This document shows positions 26,037-28,149 of a stretch of 28,149 nt of DNA, piece after piece (position 1 is the stretch's first letter; every line of letters starts with the position of its first letter). The position numbers were made by a program, and so were the translations under genes. The notes under the pieces were generated by a model. The model did not search any database. It had not been told where the DNA came from and saw nothing but the letters and a program-made list of their open reading frames with translations. The stretch is from NCBI GenBank assembly GCA_009783855.1, contig WRCO01000015.1:1-28149 (forward strand), read 5' to 3'. This DNA comes from Alphaproteobacteria bacterium. GTDB lineage: Bacteria > Pseudomonadota > Alphaproteobacteria > Rs-D84.

Positions 26037-26069
26037 ACTATTGTCCACTATAGTGGACAATAGTTTATC
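26032..26069. repeat. 38-bp perfect palindrome GATAAACTA-TTGTCCACTATAGTGGACAA-TAGTTTATC containing family palindrome; between convergent genes
   Basis: Exact; encloses TAA stop (26034-26036) of TraB-like gene; candidate bidirectional hairpin terminator. Confidence 0.9.
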
Positions 26070-26370
26070 TGATTTCGACTTGAAGTTTTATATCAAATAA
26101 ATTCAACAGACGTAAAATTGTTATAAATTCGGGATTGCCGTCCGATGATAGCATTTTATAAAATCCGCTTTTGGAAATTCCCAGTGTTTCAAAAATAGTA
26201 GAAATTCTGTGATGCGTTTTCGAGAGTTCTTTTAATACAGATTTAATTTTTTCTATATCCAAATTATCCAATGCGACGGATAGTTCGCCAATCAATTTTG
26301 GGTCGATTTCTTTATTTTTCAAAAAATGTTCCCGCTCAATCTTTGGCTTGGATAAAAGTGAAAAACGCAT
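26065..26370 (-). CDS. HigA-like addiction-module antidote protein (HTH; TIGR02684-type), orphan
   Basis: 101 aa; C-terminal ISTIFETLGISKSGFYKMLSSDGNPEFITILRLLNLFDIKLQV matches ...GLSRESLYKALS.GNP.FDTILKVLKALGLKL... of this family; no RelE/HigB-like partner upstream. Confidence 0.6.
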   Translation of the reverse strand: MRFSLLSKPKIEREHFLKNKEIDPKLIGELSVALDNLDIEKIKSVLKELSKTHHRISTIFETLGISKSGFYKMLSSDGNPEFITILRLLNLFDIKLQVEIR

Positions 26371-26405
26371 ATTGCTCTCCTTGGGCTATATGCATCATTA
26401 TAATG

Positions 26406-26425
26406 TTGTCCACTATAGTGGACAA
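26406..26425. repeat. 20-bp perfect palindrome TTGTCCACTATAGTGGACAA forming -35/spacer of HigA-like gene promoter (TATAAT at 26397-26402 on minus strand)
   Basis: Exact palindrome 36 bp upstream of start 26370; TTGTCC-17-TATAAT then SD aaggagag. Confidence 0.85.
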
Positions 26426-26541
26426 GCATTTAATTAACGCGGCATAAATAAAACAAAGACATAGTTGGAAAATATTGGTGTTTTTATAGTTTATGAGGTG
26501 GCGTTGCTTGCTACATATCCGGGACATAGAAATCGGAGATA

Positions 26542-26570
26542 TTGCCGACATATATCAAACTATTTTTAAT
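26542..26570 (+). promoter_or_regulatory. Sigma70-like promoter TTGCCG-17bp-TTTAAT inside conserved ~70-bp module, reading into palindrome 26582 and antisense to the HExxH gene
   Basis: Module ~78% identical to 25178-25247 upstream of TraB-like gene. Confidence 0.4.
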
Positions 26571-26581
26571 AGTTTTTTAAC

Positions 26582-26601
26582 TTGTCTACTATAGTAGACA
26601 A
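26582..26601. repeat. 20-bp perfect palindrome, T-variant TTGTCTACTATAGTAGACAA
   Basis: Exact; abuts stop of HExxH gene (26603). Confidence 0.9.
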
Positions 26602-26602
26602 A

Positions 26603-27538
26603 TTATCGAACGGTTTTTCGTGATCCAATCGTACGGGAAATTATTTTGAACATCACTTCTTCTAAATCTTCTTTGCAGCCGCTGTCATAGTATTCTTTGA
26701 TTAAAGGATACGATACTGGGAATACATCATCCACGCCACATCCCTTGTGGTAATCTTTCGCGGCAGAATCAATATTTCGAATGCAACAATCAAGACCCAC
26801 CACCAATGCCTGTTCATAGTGGAATTGCCATCCTTTATAATCCACTTTTTCCATAAATTTGACGATTTTATTATTTTTTGCCCATTCTTCTTTTAACAAT
26901 ATATGCAAGCCTTCGTGAGTAAAACCAAAATCATGCCCCGGGCGACGCATTGTTCCCATGCTGACATTGGGCTCGAACCATATTGCTGCCTCTGCCGTTG
27001 CTTCTGTGGGAAATACATAGAAATCATCCCCCGGTATGCGCTGCGTGGCAAGTTCCATTTTTTCAAGGGCTTCGGCGAAATCGAAACCGTTCGCGCATTT
27101 TTCAAACAAAGCCTCTCTGTCTTTCAATGTTTCCCGCCAGTAATCCCGATAGAATTTTTCCCAGCTTTTCCGCAAAGCCCGATCGAAATTAACTTCAGTA
27201 ACACCCATGTGAACGTTCTCCAAATCGACCGGCTTTTCCCAGATTTTATTGTCCATTATGTATTGCATGCCGGTTTCATATATTCGCAAACGTTTTTTCG
27301 GCTTCCAATCAGACGCATAAAAATTCTGGCCGGTGCGGGTGCAGTACTGGGGTTGTATTATTTCTTCAAATATTTCACTGTCGATTGACTGACGCACTTT
27401 TTCATTCTGCCGCAAGGCATACTGGTTGCCCTGCACCCCCAGCATCCCGTAAATATTCAACGTATGAATAAAAAAGTTCACCGCTTCGTTACAGCTGATG
27501 ATTATTTTTGCGTTTTTTGTGGTTACTACTTTATTCAT
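26603..27538 (-). CDS. Putative zinc metallopeptidase (HExxH: FTHEGLHILL), family not recognised
   Basis: 311 aa; single HEGLH motif; low-GC gene bracketed by palindromes. Confidence 0.45.
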   Translation of the reverse strand: MNKVVTTKNAKIIISCNEAVNFFIHTLNIYGMLGVQGNQYALRQNEKVRQSIDSEIFEEIIQPQYCTRTGQNFYASDWKPKKRLRIYETGMQYIMDNKIWEKPVDLENVHMGVTEVNFDRALRKSWEKFYRDYWRETLKDREALFEKCANGFDFAEALEKMELATQRIPGDDFYVFPTEATAEAAIWFEPNVSMGTMRRPGHDFGFTHEGLHILLKEEWAKNNKIVKFMEKVDYKGWQFHYEQALVVGLDCCIRNIDSAAKDYHKGCGVDDVFPVSYPLIKEYYDSGCKEDLEEVMFKIISRTIGSRKTVR

Positions 27539-27617
27539 TTCTTGGTCCGCTTATAGGTAATTTTGAATATTATAAATCATATTTTTACATAAACAACCTC
27601 AAAAGCGCTAATTATGC

Positions 27618-27637
27618 TTGTCCACTATAGTGGACAA
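27618..27637. repeat. 20-bp perfect palindrome TTGTCCACTATAGTGGACAA (extended gcTTGTCC...GGACAAgc); -35 for HExxH gene promoter (CATAAT 2 bp downstream on minus strand)
   Basis: Exact; 80 bp upstream of ATG 27538. Confidence 0.85.
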
Positions 27638-27723
27638 GCATATGCGAACAGCCGGATATGGTAGGCATGTCTCCACATATAATGATTGTTATACGAAAAA
27701 AGAAAAAATAATAGAAAAATGCG

Positions 27724-27743
27724 TTGTCCACTATAGTGGACAT
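27724..27743. repeat. Near-perfect palindrome TTGTCCACTATAGTGGACAT (1 mismatch), tandem to 27618 copy (106 bp apart)
   Basis: Read directly. Confidence 0.85.
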
Positions 27744-27849
27744 AATTGTAAAATATTAGCGTTCTTGTAGTTTAAGCGCACGCATCCGGCCTTTGCCCGT
27801 TGGGCTTCGGCGGACAGGTTGCCCGCTACATATACGGAACTATTTTTCA

Positions 27850-28125
27850 TTATCTGCCCTGTCGCATTTGTGACAAGGCTTGCTTTATTATCATAAATTC
27901 ATTGGTGCCGAAATAAGCATAGCAATGCACAAAAAAGGCCGCTTCAAGCGCTTTGTCGTCGATGTTCTTGTCGCTTGCTATTTTTTGCAGCCGTTGCAAC
28001 AAATCAAAGGCCTCCGGGATTTGTATCCGCACGATGCGGTTTTTGTCGGCCGACTTCGCCTTTTCTTTCACGATGGCGTACATTTGATTCCACTGCACCG
28101 TAAAATCGTTCATCAGATTGCGCAT
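27850..28125 (-). CDS. Hypothetical small protein
   Basis: 91 aa ORF; low-GC; no domain recognised. Confidence 0.35.
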   Translation of the reverse strand: MRNLMNDFTVQWNQMYAIVKEKAKSADKNRIVRIQIPEAFDLLQRLQKIASDKNIDDKALEAAFFVHCYAYFGTNEFMIIKQALSQMRQGR

Positions 28126-28149
28126 TTGCGGGGCAAGTTCTCCCGTGGT

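Noticed and set aside
25042-28149. CRISPR array interpretation of the repeated 20-mers
   Set aside because: The repeats are perfect palindromes at irregular spacing (106 to 1036 bp) separated by whole genes. There are no uniform spacers and no cas genes.
1-28149. Search for IS elements, integrases, rRNA, CIRCE and tmRNA/RNase P in the non-coding stretches (1-260, 25042-25358)
   Set aside because: No transposase or integrase ORFs, no terminal inverted repeats flanking a transposase, no rRNA-like conserved blocks. Region 1-260 did not match remembered RNase P, tmRNA or SRP consensus segments.

Overview
The window reads as an alphaproteobacterium-like chromosomal segment: a conserved core followed by a lower-GC, AT-rich accessory stretch. 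All calls are from reading the six-frame track and the raw sequence; nothing was searched or computed.

Core genes on the minus strand:
- a DsbA-like thiol:disulfide oxidoreductase and RecO
- a flotillin/SPFH protein
- the rpsF-rpsR-rplI ribosomal operon
- a class I SAM methyltransferase and a MipA/OmpV outer-membrane protein

Core genes on the plus strand:
- a MotA/TolQ/ExbB-like channel protein paired with an OmpA/MotB-like protein that carries a ~200-aa coiled coil
- tsaC/Sua5
- groES-groEL
- tRNA-Gln(CUG), followed by a C14 homopolymer just upstream of a GT92-type glycosyltransferase
- an MFS transporter, with a second MFS transporter convergent on the minus strand

Unusual proteins:
- Two large minus-strand proteins are built from tandem ~37-aa helical repeats with an mTERF-like consensus. 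They flank tsaC.

Accessory end (~21.7-28.1 kb):
- It is a run of mostly single, uncharacterised genes: tandem small paralogs, a two-gene operon, a membrane protein, a TraB/GumN(Tiki)-like protein, an orphan HigA-type HTH antidote protein, an HExxH metallopeptidase-like protein and a small ORF.
- At 25.2-27.8 kb these genes are bracketed by seven copies of one 20-bp perfect palindrome. Five are TTGTCCACTATAGTGGACAA (one with a single mismatch) and two are the variant TTGTCTACTATAGTAGACAA; one variant copy lies 25 kb away at 281-300.
- In three copies the palindrome supplies the -35 element (TTGTCC) of a sigma70-like promoter whose -10 sits 2-3 bp outside it. The array looks like an operator/promoter regulon or a cassette-style set of recombination sites.

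No CRISPR, rRNA, transposase or integrase was seen.
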